Source of the DNA: Ginglymostoma cirratum | Lineage: Eukaryota | Direction: 5' to 3' | Assembly: GCA_024137785.1 (NCBI GenBank) | Contig: JAHRHZ010000069.1 | Coordinates: 11,640,653 to 11,704,652, forward strand | Length of the DNA: 64,000 nt | Shown here: positions 24,723-37,122 of the stretch, piece by piece | How the letters are laid out: each line of letters opens with the position of its first letter | Position numbering within the stretch: position 1 is the stretch's first letter | The notes under the pieces: model-generated | The model's database searches: none | What the model saw: only the letters and a program-made list of their open reading frames with translations | Told to the model about the DNA's origin: nothing | Translations under genes and position numbers: made by a program

Positions 24723-24889
24723 GCTAAAAGAAGACATGGAAATTGTACTTGAGGGTGAGAATTATTTTGTGCATGAAAATGGTACTTTGGAAATAAAGGA
24801 TGTCCAGAGTGAGGACGGAGGATTTTATATTTGTTTGGCAACTAATATATTAGGCAACGACACCACGACCTGTACGTTAGAAGTCAGGG
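24723..24889 (+). CDS. CHL1: L1-family CAM exon, Ig5 C-half (LKEDMEIVLEGENYFVHENGTLEIKDVQSEDGGFYICLATNILGNDTTTCTLEVR)
   Basis: ctctttag acceptor, gtaagt donor, 167 nt, phase 2-1. ENGTL and DxGxYxC motifs are present. Confidence 0.95.
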
Positions 24890-26139
24890 GTAAGTCAATC
24901 TTGTCTATTTAGCGATGATTTATTTTCCTGTCCTGTAATATTAGTTAATTTATTCCCGAAAATTATTTCAGATAGAAGCAGAGCTATTTCAAACAGCCAT
25001 AGATTTATTTGAATTGACCATTTCAAGGATATTAAAAAATACAATTGTCTTTAAGGTTTTGCTTCTGAAGCTATTGCAGTTTGCGTGGAAATAGTGAAAT
25101 AATTTTAAATTGCTTGCATAATATTTTACTGAAAATAAGCGCAGAATCGTCCTTGATAACAAGCTTTGATAGCACATATGATAATTGAAAATACTGTAAC
25201 TAGTGTTTAATATACTTGTGTGCATATGACGTGACTTTCCTTGGTCAAAACAAGTTAATTCCCTTCCGTCCTCTGTAAACTTCACCCTTCGCAAAAACTG
25301 TTTTCATCTCTCTGAACCTTCCCATATCCTTTTCACTCCTGTATATTCCGTTCATAGTGATTTTTCTGCACCCTCCGTCCTATTTCAACCTCACTTCACT
25401 GCACAAGAGATAGTTACAACTCTGTTGCCACGGTTTACAATTGCACTTTCAAGCTCTGGACTTGATCCTCCAATCAATGCAAAAGGCTTTACACAAAATA
25501 CTGTTTCACCTTCAGCCTTCACTCACCGTCTCCAACAAAACCTTTAGCCTTCCATGTTCTATTCACCTCCCAAGCTCTTACTACAGTCTTTGTTCATTTC
25601 AGTGCACAGCACGTAAATGAAATTTAAAACTGTGCTGCAGAATAATTTAGAACACCTTTCTCTTCTCGCCTAAAATCACACATTACTTCAGGATCAACTG
25701 AGAGCGAACGTAACACACATTCTGTATCTACCCTTGCCTTAAGCCACTCTGCCCTTTCATGTCCACACTTGCATTCAATAACAAGTGTGAAGAGTTGGAC
25801 ATCTACCCAGCCTTTAAGAGAATTCACTTATAAGTACTCCATGAACTCTCTGCCAGTTATTCTGCCTTCTATTTGCAAGCTTCATACAGATATATCAGTT
25901 AGTTTGCTGCAATGTCTGCTTCATAACTTGTACTGTTTTGAATAAATTGATGCACCGAGTTAATTGATCCTAAATGACTATTAAATCTTGATCATTACGA
26001 TGTCATGACGAACAGTGGGGGAACATCACCCGCTCCCCTGCCCCAAAGAGGGTATGTGAGTATGAAGTCATCATCGCAGTTGAAGTTTGCAGAATCTAAT
26101 TGTAAACTCAATGGTTGACACAATCACTAGAACATCCAA

Positions 26140-27170
26140 AAATAACAGACTGTGGAAGGTGTTGCCTTCAGCATGTGCCAGCGACATGCGCACTTTTCAA
26201 TCAATTTTGCAAGGTATATGGGAGGAAAGGCCATCAGCACAGGCTGTGCAGTAGAATAAAGCCGAGGAAGCTACAAAAAGCAATGCCGTGATCCAAACAG
26301 ACCACACGCAGGGAATCTTCAAGGTAAAGACCACTTGGCATCCTGCCAGAGACGTCCACATGAAATGATCAGAAAACTAGAGAGAGGAAAGTGTTGACCA
26401 ACTAGCTCAGCACAATTCTAAACTTCAGAACACTGTCTCTGAGATGATAAGTTCTGTCGCGAGTACCTCTGCTCAAGTCAGGAAGACAAATTGAGTCCTG
26501 ACAGATAGGGAGAGCAAGCAAAATGAACTACAAGTTCTGGACACCAATCCAGTGAAAAAACTGCCCATTTACAGAACGATCTGGAGCAACTTGCGTGTAA
26601 AACTGATCAAGCTCAATTGGAGCATCTGCAGAAACACAGGCTCGAGCTCAAAGTAATGCAAGAGGAAATGACAAGAGCAGAACCAGTTTGAGATGCCAAG
26701 GAGCTATAAATCATTTATGAGACAATCCTTTCAGAAATAAATGCCAGCAATAATTCTCTGGTGAAAGAACTCAAAGCAGGATTCAAAGACAACCAAACAA
26801 ACACTGAGTCGACAAGTGAAGGAGGTCCAAGCCTCAAAGAAAACAAAAAAAAGTATCTAGAGGCTGGAAAATTATTACAGCAGGTTATGAAAGAAAAAAA
26901 TATACTGGACCAACAGAATATTAAAATATACATAGAATTAAAAGAATCCAAGGTGTAAAACCAGAAGTTTCTAAATAAAGTTCAAGAGAAACAAAACAGT
27001 TTAATGCTGACAAGATCAGAACTACTTAAAACAGCTTGAGGAATGGATAATCTGGAACAACACATGACTGTAGTAATCAGGATAAGAAAATTCTGGAACA
27101 GCAATTGTAGAATGTGAAAGAAAAACTTGATGACACCTCCAATCAATGTGACAGGTTCCTGATGCATCAG
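26140..27170 (+). mobile_element. Gypsy-type gag remnant (double Zn knuckle followed by a coiled-coil-like region)
   Basis: 26151-26249 translates CGRCCLQHVPATCALFNQFCKVYGRKGHQHRLC. Downstream are broken E/K/Q-rich frames such as ORF 26761-26958. Confidence 0.55.
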
Positions 27171-28539
27171 CAGTTTACTTTGTATGTTATGGAGAATCAT
27201 ATGCTCACTTAGTATTGCATGTAGTTAAACTTTCTTCCTTTTGGAAAGAAATGGCATGCTTTACATGCACCTTGCCTTTAAGGAAGCTCACCTTTAAGGA
27301 TTCCATGTGCTGAGCGTGTTCAATACTATGACTCTGGCTGCCAGTTAGTCTGCTGTGGGTCAGTTTCTACAGAAAACTGACAGGCCAAAACATTGAAGTC
27401 TTTCAAGAAAAACTTAGATGTCATTCTTAGTATGAAAGGAGTCAAAGGGAATGAGAATATAGTGGGAATAGGGTACTGAGTTGGATGTTTACCCACAATC
27501 ATATTGAATGGTGGAGCATTTTTGAAGGTTCAAATAGCCTTTTCCTGCTCTGAAATTCTAGATTTTCTGCAATATCTGCTCAAAAACATCAAACAAGTTT
27601 CACCATTTTAAATGTATTAAGTTACTGAGTTGAGAGATTGATCACTATCCTCATTGTGAAATTCTTTGTCACGAAGATTGAGACCATCTGTTTACTGTCT
27701 CTGCTGTTCTCCCTATAAAGCCAACGTTGTTTTGAGTCTCAGCCTTTATCGGGTGGATTGTACAGGGAGTATAGTCTTCTTCCCCCCACTGACTGAACAT
27801 GGGGAAGGAGCCTGTCCTTCTGTCCTCCCTTTAAACCCCCCAAGCAAAACATCTGTCCTGCACCCACTTCACAGAACAGTCTGAACGGCTGACTGGCAGC
27901 TCTGTAGTCCTAGAAGTGCTAGATTTGAGCAGTGGCTGGGAATATGGACAGCCCCCTGTCAAGAGGCAGTTGCAGAGCTGGACTGAAAGGTAAGCCTAGG
28001 GTATTGGCAGGGCCCCCTAGCTAGCAGAACTCAACACAGGGAGTGAAGGAATGCTTGGTCAGTTTTGAAAGCCTCAGAACAGGAGGGTTAAAGGGGGAGA
28101 TAGAGTCAATGGGCACAGGGGAAGTCTAGATCAGGTCCTCAACATGTCCTAGTGCTTGACACCAGTCTGCACAGCAAACTTTGCTGGGCTATCCACTGAA
28201 TTGGGATGCCTGTACCATAGGTAAAATACTGGTCGTGGTGGAATCAGCTCCTTAAATGTCCAACACCCAGCCAGCTGAGCTGGCTGCCTTCCCCCACCCA
28301 CCATCAAAGTGGACTTAGACATTTATTTCAGCATAAAGGAGCCATTGTAATCGTTGAGCTGCAATTTGCAGAGAAAAATTGAGAATTTTGTTCACCTCAC
28401 TGTCCTTTAGGTACTTGGTGCTGCCTCTGTTTGGCTCTTTCAACACACATACATATCTATACATGTCTCAAGCTCTTCCTGAGCCATCCCAGGATTAAAA
28501 TGATTCAAACTATCAAGATTATGTCCAGAAATTAGAACT

Positions 28540-29420
28540 GTGGTGAAATCCATCCCGTCATATATTGTGGCAGCGGACACCAGTAAACACATCTTCCCCT
28601 CCCCACCACTGTCAGCAATCCAGGAGGACAGTTCCTTCTGTGTCACCTTAGTCCACTCCTCCATCACTTCCAATACTTGCTCAATTACCGGGGCTACCTT
28701 CCAATGTAATCTTGGAAGGCTGCCTTTTCACCCTCCCCTCCTTGCCATCCATGGCCCCAGATATAGTTTCTATGTGAAGCTGCATTTTACTTCGTTCAAT
28801 CTAGTCTACTGTATTCAGCGCTCACAAGGCAGTCTCACACTCAATGCTCACACTCAGTGTTTGCATTGGCGAGACCAAAATGCAGACTGGGTGACCAGTT
28901 CGTGGAACACTTCCATTCTCTCTCTTAGCAATGACTCTGACCACCTAGTTGCTTGCCATTGCAATAAATCACTTTCCTCCCATGCTAGTATTTCCATTCT
29001 TGACCTGCTACAGTATTCTAATGAAGCTCAACACAAGCTGGAAGAACAACACCTCATTTTTCAGTTTGACACTTTATAACCTGTGGAATACAATACTGAT
29101 TTCCATAACTTTGGAGTTTGACCTGTACTCCATTTTGCTTGCATCCCCCATTTTCCCCAGCTGTGTCTTGTTGGTGTCTTGTTGACGGTTCTCTCAGCAG
29201 AGCAGATACATTTTATTCTTTTCACAGCGAACGTTTCTGTCTGTTTTACTTGTCTATCGCTTCTTCACTGTCTTTTTCTCTGGAGCCCCTCACTATCTGT
29301 CCCATTTACTCATCTCCTCCGATGGCCACACCCTCCACCCCCAACCAGGTTAACAGGACAAGAACCACTGTTTGCCCGCATCTTTTTCATTCCAAAGTAC
29401 AGTCATACTGGACTTGAAAC
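28540..29420 (+). mobile_element. Old degraded Penelope-like fragment
   Basis: HIFPSPPLSA..., NLVYCIQRS, KLEEQHLIF in ORF 28540-29079, homologous to the other Penelope copies. Confidence 0.75.
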
Positions 29421-29464
29421 AAAGCAATGCATTTGAAATGTGGTACTCTGAAATCTTGTTTTTA

Positions 29465-30275
29465 ACATAGAGTCATAGAGTCAAGCAGCATGGAAACAGA
29501 CCCTTTGGTTCAATCAGTCCATGCCAGTTGTGTTCCCAAACTAAGCTAGTCCCACTTGTCTGTGGTTGACTCATATCCCTCTAAACCTTTCCTATGCATG
29601 TACTTCGACAAATGTCTTAAATGTTGCAGTCCTACCTGCATCCATCACTTTCTCTGGCAGGTCATTCCACACACCAACCACTCCTTGTGTAAAAGGAAAA
29701 AGGTGCCCCTCAAGTCCTTTTCAAATCCTTCTCCTCTCAGATTAAAAATATGTCCCCTAGTTTTGATCTAGCCCACTTCAGGGAAGAGACCTTTGCTATT
29801 CACCTTGTTTATGCCCTCATGATTTTATAAGCCTCTATAAGGTCACCCCCAAACTCCTACGCTCCAGTGAAAAATGTCCCAGCCTATCCAGCCTCTCCTT
29901 ATAACTCAAACACTCCATTCCCAGCAACATTCTGGTAAATCTTTTCTGAACCTTCTCCAGTTTATTAATATCCTTCCCATAACAAGGTAAACCAGAGTTG
30001 CACGCATACTCCAGAAAAGGTCTCACCATCGTCCAATATAACTCCAACATGACGTCCAAACTCCTATATGCAAAGGTCTGAGCAATGAAGGCAAGCGTGC
30101 TAAATGCCTTCACCACCCTGTCTACATGTCACGCAAACTTCAAAGAATTATGTACCTGAACCCCTAGGTCTCTCTATTCTACAACACTACCCAGAGCCCT
30201 ACTATTAATAGTATAAGTCCTGCCCTTGTTTGTTTTACTAAAATGCAACACCTCACATTTATCCAAATTGACCTA
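29465..30275 (-). mobile_element. CR1 LINE 3' fragment with (ctatgact)n-like tail
   Basis: ORF 29835-30116 reads ELYWTMVRPFLEY..LEKVQKRFTRML..LSYKERL. The tail appears as catagagtcatagagtc on the + strand. Confidence 0.9.
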
Positions 30276-30884
30276 ATTGATCATACATTTTTGAATTTTA
30301 ATAGTGGAAAAATAAAACTAAATAAAGCTAATTGAAATACGATAGAATTATCCCACCTCATAGCGCAGTCCTGCCACTGTTATCCCAGGAGCTTGTCTGC
30401 TGAACCTTTGCTGCAATCCCTCTATGGAAATAATATTTTCCATGCGATAATATGAAAACTGTGTACAGAGCTCCAGGTCTTATCTAAGCTCCTATACAAC
30501 TGAAACAAGATAGACTTTATTGTAAGAGGATTTGACTAACATTCCATTAGCTCTCCTAATAACTTGCTGCACCTGCACTTTAGCCTTCAGTGACTTATAG
30601 ACAAGAACACCTAAGTCCTTTTGTAGATCAGCACTTGCCAACCTTTTACCATTTAAGACATACTGTTCAAAGGGGATAACCTCTCATTTCTCCACATTAG
30701 GTCTTCATACCTGACAAACATAATATTAAGCTTCAGTGTGACAAAGTTTAGTACTTTTTTAAAATTCAGTAATGGGATATGGATGTTGCTGGCTGGGCTA
30801 GGATCTATTGCCCATTCCAAGTTGTCCTTGAGAAAATGGTGATGAGCTGCTTTCTTCAACCATTGCAATCCATGTGCTTTTAAT

Positions 30885-31905
30885 AGATTCACTATCAGAA
30901 CCTGTGCTGATTTTTCATTTTAATTTTCATTCTTTTATCAGTCTTGGTTTGGAGCTGTGAACTGGGAACTGGGAGCCAAAGATGGCTTTTGGACTGTGGG
31001 TAATGGCTTGTTTTAAAAGAAAAACAGACCAAACAAGGTTTTGTTTATTTGTGAGGCCAGGCCTGGAAGTTAATTGATCGGATCTTGATTGAAAGGTTTT
31101 TCAGAAGCTTCGTCTTCGGGAAGAGTATTATGTTTAACAGGTAGTAGATATTGGCTATTAATAAGGTCAGTACATGTCAGTTGGTTCAGGCAAGTCTGGG
31201 AAATACTTAATGCTCAAGCAGATGACAGATGTTGAATGGTAAGTGGTACATTGTGGAAGAGACAGTCAATCTGGCCGGAAGTGGTCAAAGTTTGAATTGG
31301 CATTTGGACTAAGTTTTCAGGAAAGGTAATCCAGCTGTTTGTGGTATGGCATGAGATTTGAAAGCTCCTATCCTAACTTCCTATTTGCAGCTCGCGAAAG
31401 CTCAGAGAATAGAAAACTAATTCATAAGTATTGCTGCCCCTTATCTGAGTGAGCCATAAAGGTTACCCTGATCAACATCTTAGAAAACCAACAAAAAAAT
31501 CTTCAACTATGCATGTGGAACAACATGAAAACTACTTAAGTAACCTGGCCAGTTGTGTAATTTTCTTTAATTCATCCATTAACTGTTTGTTTCTCTGTCT
31601 GTCTTTTGTGTGAATGAAGTTAAAACCAAGTTATGGGTTTCTACAAAAGACCAATCAGATTACTTTGTTTGATTTTGCTTAATGAACGTTATTATGTTAA
31701 TAAGTTGAAAAGTCTTTTGTTTAAGTTACAAACTGATGTCTGGAATTTTTTATTTGCAAAGTCTGGGATTAGTTATTGAAAATGTCTGGTTATGAACGAT
31801 TGGGGCCAATTTTCAGGGTCTTTGGAAGGTTTTAATTTTACAGTATTGCAAATACAGAGGTAGAAAGGCTGATTTGGCTTGGTGTTCTGTCTCTGTGTGT
31901 TTAAC
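30885..31905. mobile_element. ~1 kb non-coding insertion inside LINE-B, possibly a solo LTR
   Basis: Splits the LINE-B 3' UTR (ccatgtgct | actcacaatgcc..gagggaattccagg), ends in ..tttaaca and contains no ORF. Confidence 0.4.
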
Positions 31906-32269
31906 ACTCACAATGCCAGAAGTGAGGGAATTCCAGGATTTTAACCCAGTGACAGTTTCGGAATTTTTAAAATCAGAATGGTGAGTGGCTTGGAGAGACT
32001 CTTGCAGATGATGGTGCCAACTATCTGCTGCCGTTACCCTTCAAGGTGGAAGTAGTTGTGGGTTTGAAGGATGCTGACTCAGGATGTTTGGTGAATTTCT
32101 GCATCGCATTTTGTCGCTAATATGCACTGTTGCTGCTGAGTGTAGGTGATGGAGTTACTGAATGTTTGTTGCTGTGATGCTAATCAAGCGAGCTGCTTTG
32201 TCCTAGATGGTGTCAAGTTTCCTGAGTGTCGTTGGAGCTGCACTCTTCCAGGAATTTGGGGCATATTTG

Positions 32270-34365
32270 ACCTTGGTCAAAGAGAAAAGGGAAGCATACG
32301 TAAGGTCGAGGAGGATGGGAAATGACAAAGTCCTTGAAGTATATACCGAAAGTAGGAAAGAACTTAAACAATGAATTAGAAGACCTAAAAGGTGTTATAA
32401 AAAGTCATTAGCAAGCAGGATTAGGGAGAACCCCAAGGCTTTTCATACATATAAAGTAAGAGGGTAGCCAGGGAAAGGGTTAGCCCACTTGAGGACAATA
32501 GAGGGAATCTATGTGTGGAAGCAAAAGAGGCAGGTGTGGTCCTAAATGGATACTTTGTATTGGTATTCACCAAAGAGAACGAATTGGTGGAGGATGATCT
32601 CGGGAAAGGGAGTGTCAAATCTCAAAGCCAAGTTGCTGTTAAAAAGGAAGAGGTGTTGTGCATTTTAAAAAGTATGAAAGTAGATAAGTCGCCAGGTCCT
32701 GATGGGATCTATCCCAGAATATTGAGGGAAGAAAGAGAAAATAGTTAGAGCATTGTATCCTCATTGGCCACAGATGAGGTCCCAGAGACTGGAGAATAGT
32801 TAATGTTGTCCCATTATTTAAGACGGATAACAGGGATAATCCTGGAAGTTACAGGTCTGTGAGCCTCACATCGATGGTAGGGAAATTATTGGAAAAGATT
32901 CTCAGGGACAAGATCTACATGCATTTAGAAGCAAATTGACATATTAGTGACAGCACGGTTTTGTGCGGGGGAGGTCATGCCTCACTAACTTGATCGTGGT
33001 TTTTGAAGAGGTGACTAAGATGATTGTTGAGGGAAAAGCAGTTGATATTCTCTACATGGACTTCAGTAAAGCCTTTGGCAAGGTCCCTCACAGTAGACTG
33101 GTAAAAAAAAAATTGAAGTTACCTGTTGATGGTGAGCTGGCAGGATGGTTACAGAACTCTGGCTTAGTTACAGGAGGCAGAGGGTAGCGGTGGAAGGATG
33201 CTTTTTGGAATGGAGGGCTGTAACTAGTGGTGTTCCATTGGGATTGGTGGTTGGAACCTCTGCTGTTTATGATCAACATACATGATTTGGAAGCAAATGT
33301 AACTGGTCTAATTAATAAGTTTGCAGATGATACAAAGATTAGTGGTGTTGCAGATAGTGAGGATAAATTGTCAGAGGATACAGCAGGATATAGATTAGTT
33401 GGAGGCATGGGCAGAAAAGCAGATGGAGTTTAATCTGGACAAATGTGAGGTCATGCATTTTAGAACATAAGAACCAGGAGCAGGAGTAGGCCTTCCGGCC
33501 CTTCGAGCCTGTTCCGCCATTCAACAAGATCATGGCTGATCTTTTCATGGACTCAGATCCACTTACCCACGCTCTCACCGTATCCCTTAATTCCTTTATT
33601 GTTATTTTGGCGGTTAAGATCAGGTGGAAATTATACAGTGAATGGCAGAACGCTTCAGGGCATTGATACGCAGGGGGATCTGGGTGTGCAGGTCCACAGA
33701 TCATTGAAGGTGGCAGCACGGGTAGATAAGGTAGTAAAAAAGGCCGATGGCACGCTTTCCTTCTTTGGAAGGTGGATTGAGTATAAGAATAGACAAGTTA
33801 TGCTGCAGCTTTATAGAACTATAGTTAGGGCACACTTGGAATATTGCATTCAGTTCTGGTTACCACACTACCAGAAGGGTGTGGATGCTTTGGAGAAGGC
33901 ACAGAAAAGGTTTACCAGGACATTGCCTGGTATGGGGGATTTAGCTGTGAAGAAAGGTTGGGGAGACTGGGTTTGTCTTCACTGGAACACAGGAGGTTGA
34001 GGGGCTGCCTGATAGAAGTTTATAACATTGTGAATGGCATGGATAGAGTGTAAACTATGAGGCTTTTTCCCAGGGTAGAGGGGTCAATTATTAGCGGACA
34101 CACGTTCAAGGTGCAGGGAGGGGAATTTAAAGTGATATGCAAAGTATGTTTTGCACGTAGAGTGCTGATTGCCTGGAAATTACTGCCAGAAGAGGTGGTG
34201 GAAGCAGACACAACAGCAGCATTCAATAAACACCAGGTCGAATACATGAATAGAAAGGGAATAGAGAGATCCGGATCCTGTAGTCTTAGTATGGCAGGGA
34301 AAGATGTGTTGGCGCAGACATGGAGGGCCAAAGGGCCTGTTCCGGTGCAGTACTGTTCTTTGTTC
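32270..34365 (+). mobile_element. CR1 LINE (5'-truncated) nested in LINE-B
   Basis: KVDKSPGPDGIYPRILRE, GRSCLTNLI..VDILYMDFSKAF, NKFADDTKI, LYRTIVRAHLEYCIQFW; tail tgttctttgttct. It carries an inverted CR1 3' piece at about 33461-33600. Confidence 0.92.
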
Positions 34366-36553
34366 TCTTACACTCCTGACTTATAGTGGTGGACAGGCTT
34401 TGGAGAGTCAGGAGCTGAGTTATCCCCTGGAGAATTCCTAGCTTCTGACCTGCTCCTGTCACCACTGTTTATTGAGCAAGTCCAGTTAGGTTTCTGATAA
34501 ATGGTAACCACCAGAGTATTGATGTTGAGGGCCTCATTGATTGTAATGCATTGAATGTCAAGTGGTTAGGTTGTCTGTTATTAGAGGTGGTCATTGCCTA
34601 GCTTTTGTATCGTGCAGCTATCACTTACCACTTGTCGGCACAAGCCTGGATATTGGCCAGGTCTGTTTGTTTGAACATGGTGCTGAACATTGTGCAATCA
34701 TTGACAAACATCCCCACTTCTGACCTCATGAGGGAGGGAAGGATATTGATGAAGTCGCTGAAGATGGTTGAGCTTAGGACACTTGCCTGTGGAACTCCTG
34801 CAGAGATTTCCTGGAATGACGATGGACCTCCAACAACCACAACCATCTTCGTATGTGACAGGTATGACTCCAAGCACCAGAGAGTTTACCCACGAAACCT
34901 ATTGATTCCAGTTTTGCTCGGGCTCCTTGATACTAAAATTGGGGTCGAATGTGGCCTTGATGTTTAGGGCTGTCACTCTCATCTCACCTCTGGAATTCAG
35001 CTCTTTTGTCCATGTCTGTACCAAGGCTGTAATGAGGTCAGGAGGTGAGTGGCTCTGGTGGAACCCAAACTAGGCTTCCAGCTGGGTTAAACAAGTGCTG
35101 TTTGACAGCACTGTTGGTGACAACTTCCATCACTTTATGGATGATCGAGAGTAGACTGATAGGGCAGTAATTGGCTGGGTTAGATTTATCCTACTTATTT
35201 GTATAGACATGCCTGAGCACTTTTCTGCATTGTTGGGTAGATGCCAGTGTTGTACTGTATTGAAACAGTTGGGCTAGGAGCTTGGCAAATTTTGGAGCAC
35301 ATATCTTCAGCTGGAATGTTGTCAGTGCTCATAGCCATTGCAGTATCAAGTGTATCCAACCATTTCTTTATATCAATCGAATTAGCGTCTGTGAAACTGG
35401 AGATCTCTGAGGGAGACTGAGATGGATCATTCACTTGGCAGTTCTGGCTAAAGATTGTTGCACATGTTTCAGCCTTATCTTTTGCTGGGCTCTCCCGTTA
35501 TTGAGAATGTGAATATTCATGGAATCACCTCTTCTCGTAAGTTGTTTGTCTACCACTGGACATGGCAGGACTGCAGGTCTTAGATCAGATTCGTTCGTTG
35601 TGGGATTGCTTAGGTCTGCCCATCACTTGTTGCTTATGCTGTTTGACGTGCATGTAGTTCTTCTTTTCTGCAGCTTCTCTAGCTTGACACCTTATTTTTG
35701 GGTATGTTTGCTGCTGCTCCTGGCATATCCTCCATTGAACCAGAATTGACCATCTGGTTTAATAGTAATGGTTGAGTGGGGGATGTGCTGGCCATGAGGT
35801 TGAGGATTGTGTTGGTGTATGATTTTGTTGCCGTTGATTGCCCACAGCACCTCATGGATGCCCAACTCTTGACTTATTAGATCTGTTCAAAGTCTGTTCC
35901 ATTTAGCATGCAATACAATGTAACATATTAACAATATGAAGGGTTTGATGTCATCTCCACAAACGCTGTGGGGCAGTCACTCTTACTGACACTGTCATGG
36001 ACAAATGCATCTTCAGCTGGCAGATTGATCAGGATGAGGTTAAGCATGGTTTTCCATCTTTTGGTTCCTCCATCCTATGCTGCATTTCCAATCTCACAGT
36101 AATGTCCTTTAGGACCCGTCCAGCTTGATCAGTAGTACAGCTGCTGAGCTATTCTTGGTGGTGGACATGGAAATCCCCTGACCAGAGTACATTTTCTGCC
36201 CTTGCAACCTTCAGTGCTTCCTTCAAGTGTTGTTCAGTGTGCAGGAGCAGTGACTCATCAGACAGGGGAGGATGGTACATAGTAACCAGCAGGAGGTTTC
36301 CTTGCCCATGTTTAATCTGATGCCATGAGACGTCTTGGGGCCCGGAGTCAATGTTGGGGACTCCAAGAGCAACACCCTCCCGACTGTATCTCACTGTGCC
36401 ACCCCTCTGCTGGGACTGTCTTGCTGGTGGGACAAGACATATCCAGGGATGGTGATGGTGGTGTCTGGGACAGTGTGTGTAAGGTATTATTCTATGAGTA
36501 TGATTGTGCCAGGCTGTTGCTTAACTAGTCCGTGAGATAGCTATCCTAATTTT

Positions 36554-37122
36554 TGGGAGGTGATGGTCTAGTGCTATTTAAGAGAGTGTATGTGTCAGAG
36601 TGAGGATAAAAGGGTCCTTCTTAGTATAGCAACCGGTCACTAATAGAGTTCCTGAAGGGTCAGTGTTGGGACCACAACTTTTTCCTTTATATATAAATGA
36701 TGTAGATGAAGGAACTGAGGGCATTCTGGCTAAGTTTGCAGATGATACAATGATAGGTGGAAGGACAAGTAGTATTGACGAGGCGGGAAGGCTGTGGAAG
36801 ACTTAAGTCAGGTGAGGAGAGTGGGCAACTGGGGACCAAGGTTCGAATTCCGCCATGGCAGGTGATGGAATTTGAGTTCAATAAAAATGTGGAATTAGAG
36901 TCTAATGGTAACCATGAATCCATTGTCAATTGTTGGAAAAACCCATCTGGTTTACCAATGTTCTTGAGGGAAGGAAACTGCCATCCTTACCTGGTCTGGT
37001 CAATATGTGACTCCAGACCGATAGCAATATGGTTGACACTTAACTGTCTTCTTGGTAATTAGAGAAGGGCAATAAATGCTGGCCTAGCCAGCGATGCCCA
37101 CATTTCATGAATGAATAAATAA
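36554..37122 (+). mobile_element. tRNA-headed LINE-B-partner SINE, interrupted by a CR1 fragment (about 36581-36825)
   Basis: Head ggaggtgatggtctagtg, then a CR1 piece (aagtttgcagatgatac = KFADDT), then ggttcgaattcc...gggcaataaatgctggcctagccagcgatgcccacat..gaatgaataaa. Confidence 0.75.
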
